NCBI GenBank assembly: GCA_965237955.1
Contig: OZ250169.1
Location: forward strand, 96,001 to 160,000
Reading direction: 5' to 3'
Length of the DNA stretch: 64,000 bases
DNA from: Candidatus Marinacidobacterales bacterium
GTDB lineage: Bacteria > Acidobacteriota > Vicinamibacteria > Marinacidobacterales > SMYC01
The translations under genes were made by a program, and so were the position numbers. The notes under the pieces are model-generated. The model ran no database searches. It had not been told where the DNA came from and was given only the letters and a program-made list of their open reading frames with translations. Positions within the stretch are counted from its first letter, which is position 1. Every line of letters begins with the position of its first letter. Below, one piece after another: positions 31,567 to 41,486 of this stretch.

Positions 31567-31618
31567 GCGCATCGGTCTTCATGGGACCATTCTGTCAGTC
31601 ACTAGCTCAATTTGACAG
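31567..31618 (-). mobile_element. IS6 left-end remnant
   Basis: GCGCATCGGTCTTCAT..CCATTCTGTCAGTCAC.AGCTCAATTTGACA matches the ends at ~38964-39014 and ~43114-43165. Confidence 0.8.
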
Positions 31619-31790
31619 CAATGGCACCGCCCGCGTGGGCGGAGGTCATCGGGGAGTGACCGAAATCGTTCGTTCACTCGAAAGTACCTAACCGAGAGGC
31701 CCCGTTCCTGCGATTCTTCCCCGGCACACAGCCAATGCACCGTGGTCACTACTTGAAGCCGCGTCTACCACCGCGCCGTGAGGCTGGATT

Positions 31791-32072
31791 TTGAATGCCG
31801 TGGTCCGCGCCTCCCTGGCCCAGAGGGCTACGGCGGTGCGACGCAACATTGTTCCGGGGGGCGAGCAGATCGAGTCGGCTGCGATGCCGCGCGGCTCGCG
31901 GCGCCTCGATCCGCGTTGGCGCTACCGCACGAAGGAGGGAGATGCCGCGCTAGCCATTGACGGGGACATGCGCACCGCGTGGACTGTTTCGCGCCCACTC
32001 AAAGGGGACGAGTTCTTCGAGGTGGTCTTCGATCGTCCCATTCGACCCGCATGTTGCCGAAGCGCGTCGTAG
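31791..32072 (+). pseudogene. discoidin (F5/8 type C) domain fragment
   Basis: AALAIDGDMRTAWT..DEFFEVVFDRP motif; no full gene present. Confidence 0.45.
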
Positions 32073-32903
32073 ATCCCGAGGGCGACACGGACGCCACCCT
32101 CGGCCTTCGGTTATAAGCAACTCTTGCACGAGCCGTTCATGGGCGGCGGGCTGTGGACCAGCGCCGTCATTCCGCTGGCGCTCGCCTACCAACCGGTGTG
32201 GGTGCTCGGCATCAGCACCGGGGCAGTGGCCCTTTGGCTGCTGGTGTGGGCGCTGTTGTTTCGCGGTCGGCTCGGCCTTGGGTGAATAGGCCGTGATCCG
32301 CAAAAGATGATCGGCTAGAGGCAGCGGACCATAGCAGGTCTAAAACGCGCAATCAACGCTAGATAGAATTCTTGCGGAGCACACCGAGCATCATGCGGCT
32401 TTGGCTGGAAAAGGCCGGCATCCTTTCGAGCTGGCGTGTCGACGAGGAACGATTCCCTAAGATCTTGGGCGTACCGACGGAAGGAGTGGAAGTGCCGGTA
32501 CGGTTCGGGGCACGCGGATGAATAAATAGAAGGCACACCTCTATCCGAAGGGTGAGTCGACTAACCGTTGTCCGTCGGCACAAAAGACGCCTCGGGAAAC
32601 GACGCAGTGCAGGTGTGGATTCCAAATCAAGTTGTCGGAGAATGTCTGGATGGAGGCGACCATGCCGACGCGAACGCTTTTGCAATCGACAGCAGCGACC
32701 ATGAGCTAGTGGACACTTTCGTAGCCGGCGCGGGCGAGCTCGGTGAGGAGTTCGCGGCGGTAGTGAATCGAGACGAGGACCAGCCGACTTCAGTCGGCGA
32801 CGCGAACCCAACGCCTTTAGGCAATGGAGCGCACCCGCTCAGTTAATTAACGTTTGCCGCACGGTGCTCGCAAATCCCGGCATCGCCTGTATGATCGGGC
32901 ACG

Positions 32904-34763
32904 ATGGCGATGCGGCCGGTGCCCCTTCTCCGAACGCTCTCGTGGCTCGCCTTCATCGCCGTTGTCGGCTGCGGCTCGGAGCCCGTTTCCCTGCTGAGCG
33001 GCTTGGACGGGAAGCCACGCGACATGTCGTTCGAGGGTCGGAGCCTCCCGGCGCTGACGCCCAAGTTTCCCTCTGCGTTGGAGTTTTCCGTGCGTCTCCC
33101 GGCAGAGCCTTTTCTCGAGTTCTCCATCGCCGTGGAAGCTCCCGAGGATGTCGCGCGTGGGCGCGTACGGTTCAGGATCGACCTGAAGGATGGCGCGGAC
33201 GACTACACCGTCTTCGAGGACGTGGTCCGGGCGCGGCGCGGCAATCGCTGGCGGCATCGAAGCGTGAACCTCGCGGCCTGGCGGGGGCGTGAGGTCAGGC
33301 TCACCCTCGAAGCTCGACCGGACGCGCCCGGTGCTGTGGGTGCCTGGGCCGAGCGTATCCAGGTCGCCTGGGGAGATCCGGTGCTCGTTGACCGCGCGTT
33401 GGAGCTTGCCGAGCGGCCCTCGATTGTCTTCATCCTGGTCGACACGCTCCGGCGCGACCATCTGGGCGCCTACGGCTTCAGCGGAGACATTTCGCCGAAC
33501 CTCGATTGGCTGGCGAAGGAGTCCGTTTTGTTCGAGAACGCGCTCACGCAGGCGCCTTGGACCAAGCCATCGATTGCGACGCTTTTTACATCCCTGTACC
33601 CCGACGTCCACGGGCTGGACAATCACGGTGGCCTCTTCGGCGAACGCGAAAGCGATGCCCTCACGACCGGAATCCTGCGTCCCGAAGCCCTTACGATGGC
33701 CGAGCTCTTCGAGGACGCTGGCTATCGCACGGGCGCCTTCGTCGCCAACCCCTGGCTCGACCGGGCGTTTGGTTTCGAGCAAGGATTCGAGACCTACGAG
33801 ATTCGGACGGACGGGGACGAGCTCTTGGACGAGGCGCGCAGATGGCTCGAGTCGCGGGCGATCGGAGAGCCCTTTTTTCTGTACCTCCATCTCATGGATG
33901 TCCACGGCCCGTACGACGCGCCGGAGGACGACTTCGAGCGAATGCGCGCTCGCGTGAGTTTAGAAGGATCCGAGCCGCCTCCGGTCGAGAGGATGAGGCG
34001 GCTTCCGCCGTACCTCGAAGGAATCTCGTGGTTTTCTGTCGACGATCTGGCGCCGGCGGGGTGGGGAGCCGTCGTCGACTTTAGGCTCGGGCGGAGCCGC
34101 ACGCTGCGAGCCCGATACGCCGCCAACGTGCGGGATTTCGACCGGCGGATCGGGCCGTTTCTCCAGATGCTCAGAACCTCGCATTGGAACGAAGAAGCCT
34201 ACGTCGTGCTCGGCTCGGACCACGGCGAGGAGCTTCTCGAGCACGGCGGATGGGACCACGGGTTCAGCCTCTACGACGATCAGATCCGCATCCCACTTCT
34301 CATCCGGGTGCCCGGGGCGTCGGGAGCGGGACGTCGTGTCGACCAGGCCGTGAATCTCATCGACCTCATGCCGACACTCGCGACACTCGCGGGGATCGAG
34401 CCGCCCGGTGGGCTCCAAGGCCGCGACCAGTCAACTCTGATCGACGGCGGTGGCTCTTGGAATCTTCCGAGCTTCTCGACGGCCACCAAGCATCGGCGCG
34501 GCGTCTATTCCATCCGCGACGCACGCTACAAACTGATTTACGACGCGACGTCGAGATCGTCGTCGCTGTTCGACCTCGAATCGGACCCCGGTGAGTACCG
34601 CGACCTCGCCGACGATGAGCCCGAAAAAACGGAAGAGCTCCTACGTCACCTGGCCGCATATTTCGAGGACAACACCCGGCAAGATGCATCCGCACCGGAG
34701 CTCACGCCGGTCCCAGGGGAGCTGCGGAAAGCGCTCGAAGCGCTCGGTTACGTGTCCCCATGA
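32904..34763 (+). CDS. sulfatase-like hydrolase (alkaline phosphatase superfamily), probable lipoprotein
   Basis: Lipobox-like VVGC; ILVDTLRRDHL, APWTKPSIATLFTS, HLMDVHGPY, SDHGEE, HG..LY and terminal LEALGY. Confidence 0.9.
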   Translation: MAMRPVPLLRTLSWLAFIAVVGCGSEPVSLLSGLDGKPRDMSFEGRSLPALTPKFPSALEFSVRLPAEPFLEFSIAVEAPEDVARGRVRFRIDLKDGADDYTVFEDVVRARRGNRWRHRSVNLAAWRGREVRLTLEARPDAPGAVGAWAERIQVAWGDPVLVDRALELAERPSIVFILVDTLRRDHLGAYGFSGDISPNLDWLAKESVLFENALTQAPWTKPSIATLFTSLYPDVHGLDNHGGLFGERESDALTTGILRPEALTMAELFEDAGYRTGAFVANPWLDRAFGFEQGFETYEIRTDGDELLDEARRWLESRAIGEPFFLYLHLMDVHGPYDAPEDDFERMRARVSLEGSEPPPVERMRRLPPYLEGISWFSVDDLAPAGWGAVVDFRLGRSRTLRARYAANVRDFDRRIGPFLQMLRTSHWNEEAYVVLGSDHGEELLEHGGWDHGFSLYDDQIRIPLLIRVPGASGAGRRVDQAVNLIDLMPTLATLAGIEPPGGLQGRDQSTLIDGGGSWNLPSFSTATKHRRGVYSIRDARYKLIYDATSRSSSLFDLESDPGEYRDLADDEPEKTEELLRHLAAYFEDNTRQDASAPELTPVPGELRKALEALGYVSP

Positions 34764-35181
34764 GGATTTCATTCATTGTCTGGGAAGAGAGCTTGCCCCC
34801 CGAGCGCGACCGCCTCGTGGGACCCACTATCCGAATTCTTCAGATTCCCTCCGACCTATCGAGATACGATCGACGCGAACGCCCTGCGAGGCACGCTCGC
34901 CGGCGCGGGACCAGACCGGCGTGTCGAGACGAATCGCGATCGCTACGCCGGCCATGCTCGAAGCGCTCGAGAAAGTCTATTCCGCTACGTCGCTCCTCGA
35001 GAAGATCGCGTTGGTGAGATAGCTCGTGCAAAGGTTGCGACGAATCCTGTGGGTCTTCGGCGCCCTTGCGACCGTGCTGTTTTTGCCGGGTTGTGAAGCG
35101 CGCCGACACTTGCTCGTTGATCACGTCGACGAGAGCGAGGGACGCTAACAGGACGGCCGCTATGCGTCGTTTGTCGGCGAG

Positions 35182-35231
35182 TGAACCGCCCCGGGTTTTC
35201 CGGAGACTCCAACTCTTGAGAGGATGGAGTC
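35182..35231 (+). mobile_element. IS3 left-end remnant
   Basis: TGAACCGCCCCGG..TTCCGGAGACTCCAACTCTTGAGAGGATGGAGTC matches the end of the IS3 at 48521. Confidence 0.8.
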
Positions 35232-35554
35232 GGTCGGCCGCAGTAGGGTCGGCGAGGTGCACGGGGCATTACTCGCAGGTTCCGTTGCTGTGGCGGAGGT
35301 CGGCACCGAGATACTGGTTGCGGAATGTTGTGTACATCTCCGCAACCCGCCCGATTCCCTCCGCCGAGTTGTGGAGGCATTCCGCAACCGGATTTCACCG
35401 CAATTCAGGCCGCTTCTGTCCACCTCTGCCGATCTCCGCCCTTGCGCTCCTGATTCCAGCACCCCCTCATGCGTCCTTACCGCGTCGCCGATACGGCCAA
35501 TCGCCTACGGTATCGGCGAAGAATGCTTCTTGCCATCCCGGCCTCCAACCTCTC

Positions 35555-36052
35555 CTATTGTTCGAGTGCATCCCGGTGCAGCTTTCGCAAGGTCGAGGCT
35601 ATCTCCGCGATTTCCCCCGTCGTCAGGTGCACCTCAACGAAGATGCTCTCCCTTCTGGGTTTCTGCTGCACCATCTCCCACGCTTCCCATCGGCCTCCAT
35701 TTGTTAGCACTGCGTAACGGGCGCCGATTTCCGTTGCGTATCCAGACGCCTGCCTCCGATCAGTTTCCTTCTGCCCCGAATCCGCAGGCTTGGCCTCCAC
35801 AACGGCAAGGAATGCACCTGCCGACGACACGAGAACGTAGTCTACCTTGTTCCCGTGGGAACGATGCTCCAGACGGACCCGGGCCGGGTCTTTGATGTCC
35901 CAGCCCAATGCGGTCAACACGCCGTCGATGACCAGCGCCCTCGTCGCCGTCTCATTCCCGCGGAGGTACTCGTCATGCTCGGTCAGAACCCTCCGAGCTT
36001 CCTTGATCCTCTCCTCAAGCAGGGCTCCCGTTCCATCCTCCATCTCAACCAA
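35555..36052 (-). CDS. stand-alone HsdR-N-like PD-(D/E)XK nuclease-domain protein
   Basis: NETATRALVIDGVLTALGW..VRLEH..KVDYVL..VVEAK..Q..Y..AVLTNG..W pattern; GGAG RBS. Confidence 0.8.
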   Translation of the reverse strand: MVEMEDGTGALLEERIKEARRVLTEHDEYLRGNETATRALVIDGVLTALGWDIKDPARVRLEHRSHGNKVDYVLVSSAGAFLAVVEAKPADSGQKETDRRQASGYATEIGARYAVLTNGGRWEAWEMVQQKPRRESIFVEVHLTTGEIAEIASTLRKLHRDALEQ

Positions 36053-36105
36053 CGCTCACTCCCTAACCCTTCATTCGCACGCGCGTCCCGTAGTTCTCCG
36101 ACGGT

Positions 36106-36543
36106 CTACTCCCCGCTACGTTTCCATGCCCGGCCCAGGGCCCGAATTTTCTCCCAGATGGATCTCCATGAGCCAAGCTGGGCGTCTCTCCCGGGCACTT
36201 CGGCTCCTTCCGTCTGGTAGTAGCTGTTGCGTCTGGTCCAGGCCTTTTGCCGCACCAGCGCGACCTCGGCTTCCGAAAAGCCGCGCGCCCACCGGACGAT
36301 TCCTTCATCGATCCAGTAGTGTGACCTGCACGGAAAACTCCAGTTCCCGATGGACGGCTCCAGCGAGACCGTTCTCCCGTCGTAGGTGAGCCTCCACTCG
36401 ACGGGGCCAAGAGGGGTCACCACCTCTTCCCCGCACCCGCACGCACACCGGTGGACCACCGTGCCGAAACGCATCGACACATACAGAACACCGTCATCCA
36501 GCTGTTCCGGTATGTGATCCACGAATTCGTTGCGCAATCTCAT
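36106..36543 (-). CDS. DUF6527-family protein (putative Ubl-processing peptidase)
   Basis: LYVS..HRCACGCGEEVVTPL..W..SLEPSIGNW..CRSHYWI..G..W; its start overlaps the stop of the upstream E2-E1 gene (ATGA). Confidence 0.8.
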   Translation of the reverse strand: MRLRNEFVDHIPEQLDDGVLYVSMRFGTVVHRCACGCGEEVVTPLGPVEWRLTYDGRTVSLEPSIGNWSFPCRSHYWIDEGIVRWARGFSEAEVALVRQKAWTRRNSYYQTEGAEVPGRDAQLGSWRSIWEKIRALGRAWKRSGE

Positions 36544-37730
36544 TGGCTATCGTCCACCTGCCCTAGCATCCTGTTGCTCATGTGATTTCCGTCGATCGTG
36601 TAAGTGCTCCTGTCCTCTTTGCCAAGGTCCATGTAGAACCCCCGGTGCTTCTTCCACCGGATTACCGCGAGGGCCGCGTTCAGCGCGTTCAGTTCCACGA
36701 TCTGCACGTTCCTGTCGTACTCACCGACGTCCCGCAATCCGCCTTCACCGCGTCGAACCGCCGAGCTCTTCGGCGTCTCACAGAAGCTGGTTCTCACGAC
36801 CCCTAGCAGCTTGTCGTCCGTCTTCTCGATCCCCATTCCCACGTCGACGAACGGCACTCCCATCCCGTCCAGTGTCGGCAGCAGCCACCGCCTGGTTTCG
36901 TTGTCGTCAACGGCGACGAACACGAAATCGAGGTCGCCAAGCACATTGACGTTATCGGCCTCCACATCGAATTCGTGCGCGACGATGCCGCTCCTCATCT
37001 TCGCGTACCGTTCGCGGTACAGTTGAGCCTTGGTCGGTCTCTTCTCGAGCTCCTCGGTTGTCGTCGGACCGGGCGCGCGGAACGCGTTGTGCTGCTCGAA
37101 CCGGTCGCCGTCGAACAGATGAATCTCCGCGACGCGTGTTTTGCTGACGTAATCCAGAATGTACGACCCCGTGCCTCCGAGCCCGATTATGCCGATCCTG
37201 TCTCCGGACAGTCTCTCGTTCAGCCGGGTTATCCCAGCGCGGCTCGACGCAGTTTCCATGAACACAAAAGGGTCGTTTGGGTCTGCCGACAGCACCAGTT
37301 TCCCCGCGCGGGCCATCGCTCCGGGGTCTATTCGTTTTGCACATCGTCCAATCACCTGCGCGTAGTGCGTCATCTTGTGATGGTAATCCTTGTACTTCCC
37401 CGCCACCGGCCTTGCCGAGAAGTAGTGGTCGACCCATAGACCTTCAGCGAGCTCTTGGCGTTGGCTGCTGTTCCGCAGAGCCTCGATCGGTGCACCGCGG
37501 TCGTCGCAGGGGTACTCGCCCGCAAAGTACATCGTGTGATCTGGCGGCGGCCCCGTTTCCGATCCGTCGACATTTAGGGGACAGACGAGCTGACCGTACC
37601 TCACGGTTCGCTCGCTTGTAACGTACGGGACGCGATGCAGGACCAAATGCCCGGAGCGAACCTCTATCTCGTAGCCTTCCTCGACGAGTCGCTTAAGGTC
37701 CTCCCTACGACTGATCAGTTCGTGTGACAT
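36540..37730 (-). CDS. E2-like (DUF6791-type) plus ThiF/E1 adenylation fusion protein
   Basis: N-terminal L..EGYE..LV..VPYV..G.L..PL..DH.MYF.G..P..FS..P..Y; C-terminal GLGGTGS, FDGD..HNAFR, FVFVAVD, FVDVG, Y.RNVQ..LNALNA.LAVI.WKK. Confidence 0.85.
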   Translation of the reverse strand: MSHELISRREDLKRLVEEGYEIEVRSGHLVLHRVPYVTSERTVRYGQLVCPLNVDGSETGPPPDHTMYFAGEYPCDDRGAPIEALRNSSQRQELAEGLWVDHYFSARPVAGKYKDYHHKMTHYAQVIGRCAKRIDPGAMARAGKLVLSADPNDPFVFMETASSRAGITRLNERLSGDRIGIIGLGGTGSYILDYVSKTRVAEIHLFDGDRFEQHNAFRAPGPTTTEELEKRPTKAQLYRERYAKMRSGIVAHEFDVEADNVNVLGDLDFVFVAVDDNETRRWLLPTLDGMGVPFVDVGMGIEKTDDKLLGVVRTSFCETPKSSAVRRGEGGLRDVGEYDRNVQIVELNALNAALAVIRWKKHRGFYMDLGKEDRSTYTIDGNHMSNRMLGQVDDSQ

Positions 37731-37977
37731 TGATAATCGTTCCGTCCCGCACTTTCAGCCTTTGCCCTTCGTCTAGCTCTCCTTCAGGTATTCGGCCGCC
37801 GGCCTCCCGGAAGGTGATCGTGAACACGATCTGCGGGCCCCTGGCCGGATCGTCGAAAGCGAGGTCCACTAGCTCGTCGAACGACAGTTCATCACGCTCG
37901 ACCTGCTTTTGCCGCCCATTGACCGTTATCAAGAACGTCTTGTCGTCCGGCTGGTCTAGTTGATTGTCCTTACTCAC
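37705..37977 (-). CDS. ubiquitin-like (multi-ubiquitin family) beta-grasp protein
   Basis: ITVNGRQK..ELSFDELV.LAF..FTITF..G.L..G..LKV.DG..INVT.TDQS; GGAGGAG RBS before GTG; overlaps the E2-E1 gene. Confidence 0.85.
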   Translation of the reverse strand: MSKDNQLDQPDDKTFLITVNGRQKQVERDELSFDELVDLAFDDPARGPQIVFTITFREAGGRIPEGELDEGQRLKVRDGTIINVTRTDQS

Positions 37978-38212
37978 TAGATTCTCCTCCTATCCTGTTC
38001 AACGGCGTTGCTGCTCCTTCACAATTAGTCATCCTGCCACCCCTGTCGCGGCATCACAGTGCTTTCCTGCTAGAGCATCGCCCGGTTCCGGCGGGGTGCA
38101 CGTCCGGAACCATGCAACATCGCGCCTTGCGCGCACTCTGGCCGTGCCTACATTGCGGCGCTCGCAACGTTTGCGTGGTACATGCACATTTTATCATCCG
38201 CGCATCCACGAC

Positions 38213-39019
38213 GGTATTGTCAAAGTTGACGTTGAGCGAGCGAACCTATCGCGTCGAGCTGACTTCCTTTGCTCTCGTCATGCGGCACACGTTACCTCGT
38301 GCCAGACGATGAAAGCGCGGTCTCGTAGCTCCCGATGATGACGCGCTTGCAACAAATGCCGTCCGACGCGAAAGAGATTTTGCACGAGTCCATGCACGGT
38401 CAAGAATCGTTGCGCCTGCCCAGGAGCTTTAAACTTCCGCATCTGTCGTTCCCGTTGTCGCGTCGGTTCGTGCGAGACTTCGGCTAGGTTGTTTCTGTAC
38501 TGGTCAGTGTCGTGGACGACGGACGGCATGACCTCGCGGTGAGCGGCGCTGTAGCTTCTCAGTTTGTCGGTGACCAGCTGCCAGGGCGGACGGCCTTGCC
38601 CCTTCAACAGCTTGCGGAAGAATCGTTTGGCGGCTTTCTGATCACGGCGAGGCTGGACGAGGATATCGATTACATCACCATCTTGGTCTACCGCGCGCCA
38701 GAGGTGTTGGCGTTCACCTTGTATCTTTATGAAGACCTCGTCCAGGTGCCATGTGTCACCGAGACGACCCTGCCGACGCTTCAGTCGCCGAGCGTATTCC
38801 GGCCCGAACTTAATGCACCACAGTCGGACCGCTTCGTAAGAAACCGTGATGCCTCGCTGAGCGAGCAACTCTTCGACGTTTCGAAAGCTCACGCAGAATC
38901 GGTGGTAGAGCCAGACGGCGTGGCTGATGATTTCCGGTGGAAATCGATAGCCGTGGTAGCTTGGCGCATCGGTCTTCATTGGACCATTCTGTCAGTCACC
39001 AGCTCAATTTGACAATACC
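38213..39019 (-). mobile_element. IS6-family element, copy 1 (transposase 38278-38979)
   Basis: IR GGTATTGTCAAA..TTGA; YRFPPEII..WHLDEVF..WRAVDQDG..VTDKLRSY..NNLAE.SH. Confidence 0.93.
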
Positions 39020-39025
39020 TAAAAC

Positions 39026-39061
39026 CCCGTCCTGTGCCAAAACTCGGCCCTTTTGAAATAG
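39026..39061. mobile_element. MITE end truncated by IS3
   Basis: CCCGTCCTGTGCCAAAACTCGGCCCTTTTGAAATAG directly followed by TGAACCGCCCC. Confidence 0.75.
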
Positions 39062-39535
<474 letters not shown>

Positions 39536-40620
39536 GGCGTTGTTGCACGGCCCGGAGCAAATCGCTGACCTCCCTGTGCCGGTCGTAGAGTCACCCGGCG
39601 CAGTACGTATCGGGCATCCCGAGCGCGGTCATCTTGTTGAGTATCTCGCACCCAATTCGGTGTTCAACTCGTTGCCTCGCCAACGTTCGTGTCCGCATCT
39701 CGGGCCCGATGATCGCTTTGTAACGATAGACCGCATTCTCCACCATGCTTCGCTTGGTGCAGCCTGAGAGCTTGTACCATTCACGTCGGCCGTGTCTTTC
39801 GATGGCACGAATATGGCGATCGCGCTCCTGCATGGCGGTGTTCGAATTCTGACTGAGCGTCGCGTTTCGTTGCGGCGGAATCACCACGCGCGTCCTTCGT
39901 CCAGGGCTGTGCGCTTCGATCGCTTCGTAGACCGCTTCCTTGTCGTATGCACTGTCCGCCGCCACGGACGCTAGAGGTGCTTGAATCTGTGTTAGCAAAG
40001 CGGGGACTCGGGTTGCGTCGCGAGCACGTGACGCCGTCAGTTCGGACGCAACAATGTTGCCGGTCTCGCGATCAACGGCGATGTGCAACTTGCGCCATGC
40101 GCGCTGCTTTGGCGGTTTGCGGGCGGTTCCAACATGAATCCTCAAGCCCGTGCTATCGATCATCAGGTGGATTGGTTGATTGCTTGCGGCTTTCGGAATC
40201 CGCAGCTTCTTGCGGAGCAGCCTCGACCGCCGAGACAACGTCGAGTAGTCCGGGATCTCGATACCGAGCCCGAGCAGCGAGGCGATCGAGTGCAAGAAGC
40301 CTTCGGTTTGTCGGTAGGCGAGCTTGTACACCATCCGGACAACCAGGCCCGTTTCAATAGCCATGTCTGAATAGACCCGTTGACCGCCAGGCTTACCGGT
40401 CTTGTCGGCCATCCAGTTCGCGATTGCCTCCTCGTCAAACCAGACCGTCAAATCGCCTCGGCGGCGCAGCCCTTCGTTGTATTCCGCCCAGTTGCGAACG
40501 TGGTACTTCTTCTGCTTCGCGTGCTTGTACTGGCTGCGCTTGGGATACTTCATGGTCGAACATACCTCGGCCACCACAAGAGGCGCATTTTGCTCTCAGC
40601 CAGAGCGGTGCAACAACGCC
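39536..40620 (-). mobile_element. IS5-family (IS903-like) element, transposase 39591-~40553
   Basis: IR GGCGTTGTTGCAC / GTGCAACAACGCC; VRNWAEYN..RRGDLTVW, IDSTGL, WRKLHIAVD, AADSAYD, RSMVEN. Confidence 0.9.
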
Positions 40621-40726
40621 CCTTGAAAGCGGGAAGCTCACAGACCTCAGGGTTCTTCTCGCTGGCTGAGACGGGTCATCCGCACCAGGTGAAGTTGGCC
40701 AGTTTGAAACTGGTCGGTTGGCTCAT

Positions 40727-41060
40727 TCATTCATCTTCTCGAACCGTGTTTTGGCTATTTCGCTTTCCTCTGGCAGTCTGAGCAGTCGTGCCCTGCCCCG
40801 TTTGGTCTATACGCCCATTGTCGGGCGGTGTGAATATAATAGTAGCGAAGCGTTTCTCAGGAGCTTCCCCTCCCGCTTGTCGCCCCCGCCTCTGCGGGAA
40901 CCGTCGCTCAAGCAGCCACATAGCACTCTTTATCGAAGGCGGGCGAGTCTCTGTTGCTATCGTAGCGGACGTGAATTTTCCATCCCCCAGCTTCCCATTC
41001 ACCACTTGCCCGCCCTTGTATCTGATGGTTTGGCGAACGATCCTCGTCTCCTCGGTCGCG
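40727..41060 (-). pseudogene. probable phage terminase small-subunit-like remnant
   Basis: ..TETRPPSIKSAMWLLERRFP.. resembles the AxWxLERRxP motif of TerS-like proteins. Confidence 0.4.
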
Positions 41061-41258
41061 CTCCTGTATCAGTGCCGTGTTCGATCCTGGACCCGCGCTG
41101 CTTCTCTTCGGTCATCGCTTTCCTCCCTTTGGTTAAGCGCACGGCCGCATTCGTGAAACCCAGCACGAGCTAGCCCACCCTAGGAACCTTTCCGGCGGTT
41201 CCATCCTGTTAGGTCGTTTCATTTTCAAAGGACTTGGGAGATTTCTCCCGCTCGGCCA

Positions 41259-41400
41259 TCATTGGCATCGGTCCGTTAGGTAGGCCATCTGCGCCAACCT
41301 GGTCACTGGATCGTCGAATCTGCGTACCAACGCGATTGGAGCTTGGCCCGCGAACCAGTCACGGACGGTCATCCCCGGTAACATCCTCGAATCACTGATG
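41259..41400 (-). pseudogene. phage small-protein remnant
   Basis: GMTVRDWFAGQA..A..AY matches the common phage GM(T/S)LRD(Y/W)FA motif. Confidence 0.45.
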
Positions 41401-41486
41401 GTCTTCGCCACTCTCAGCTTTCCAGGCGTCAAACTGCCCCGTATCTCGCTCTCTTGTCCGCCTCTCGTATCGCTCGGTCGTGGTGA

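Noticed and set aside
27173-33957. Long antisense or alternate-frame ORFs over galU, serS, the EAL gene and the sulfatase
   Set aside because: High-GC shadow frames overlapping well-supported genes.
34760-35180. Possible glycosyltransferase remnant after the sulfatase
   Set aside because: Only vague similarity spread over several frames.
35356-35365. TCCCTCCGCC matching the tRNA-Ser 3' end as a possible attR
   Set aside because: Only 10 bp in GC-rich DNA, and accessory content continues on both sides.
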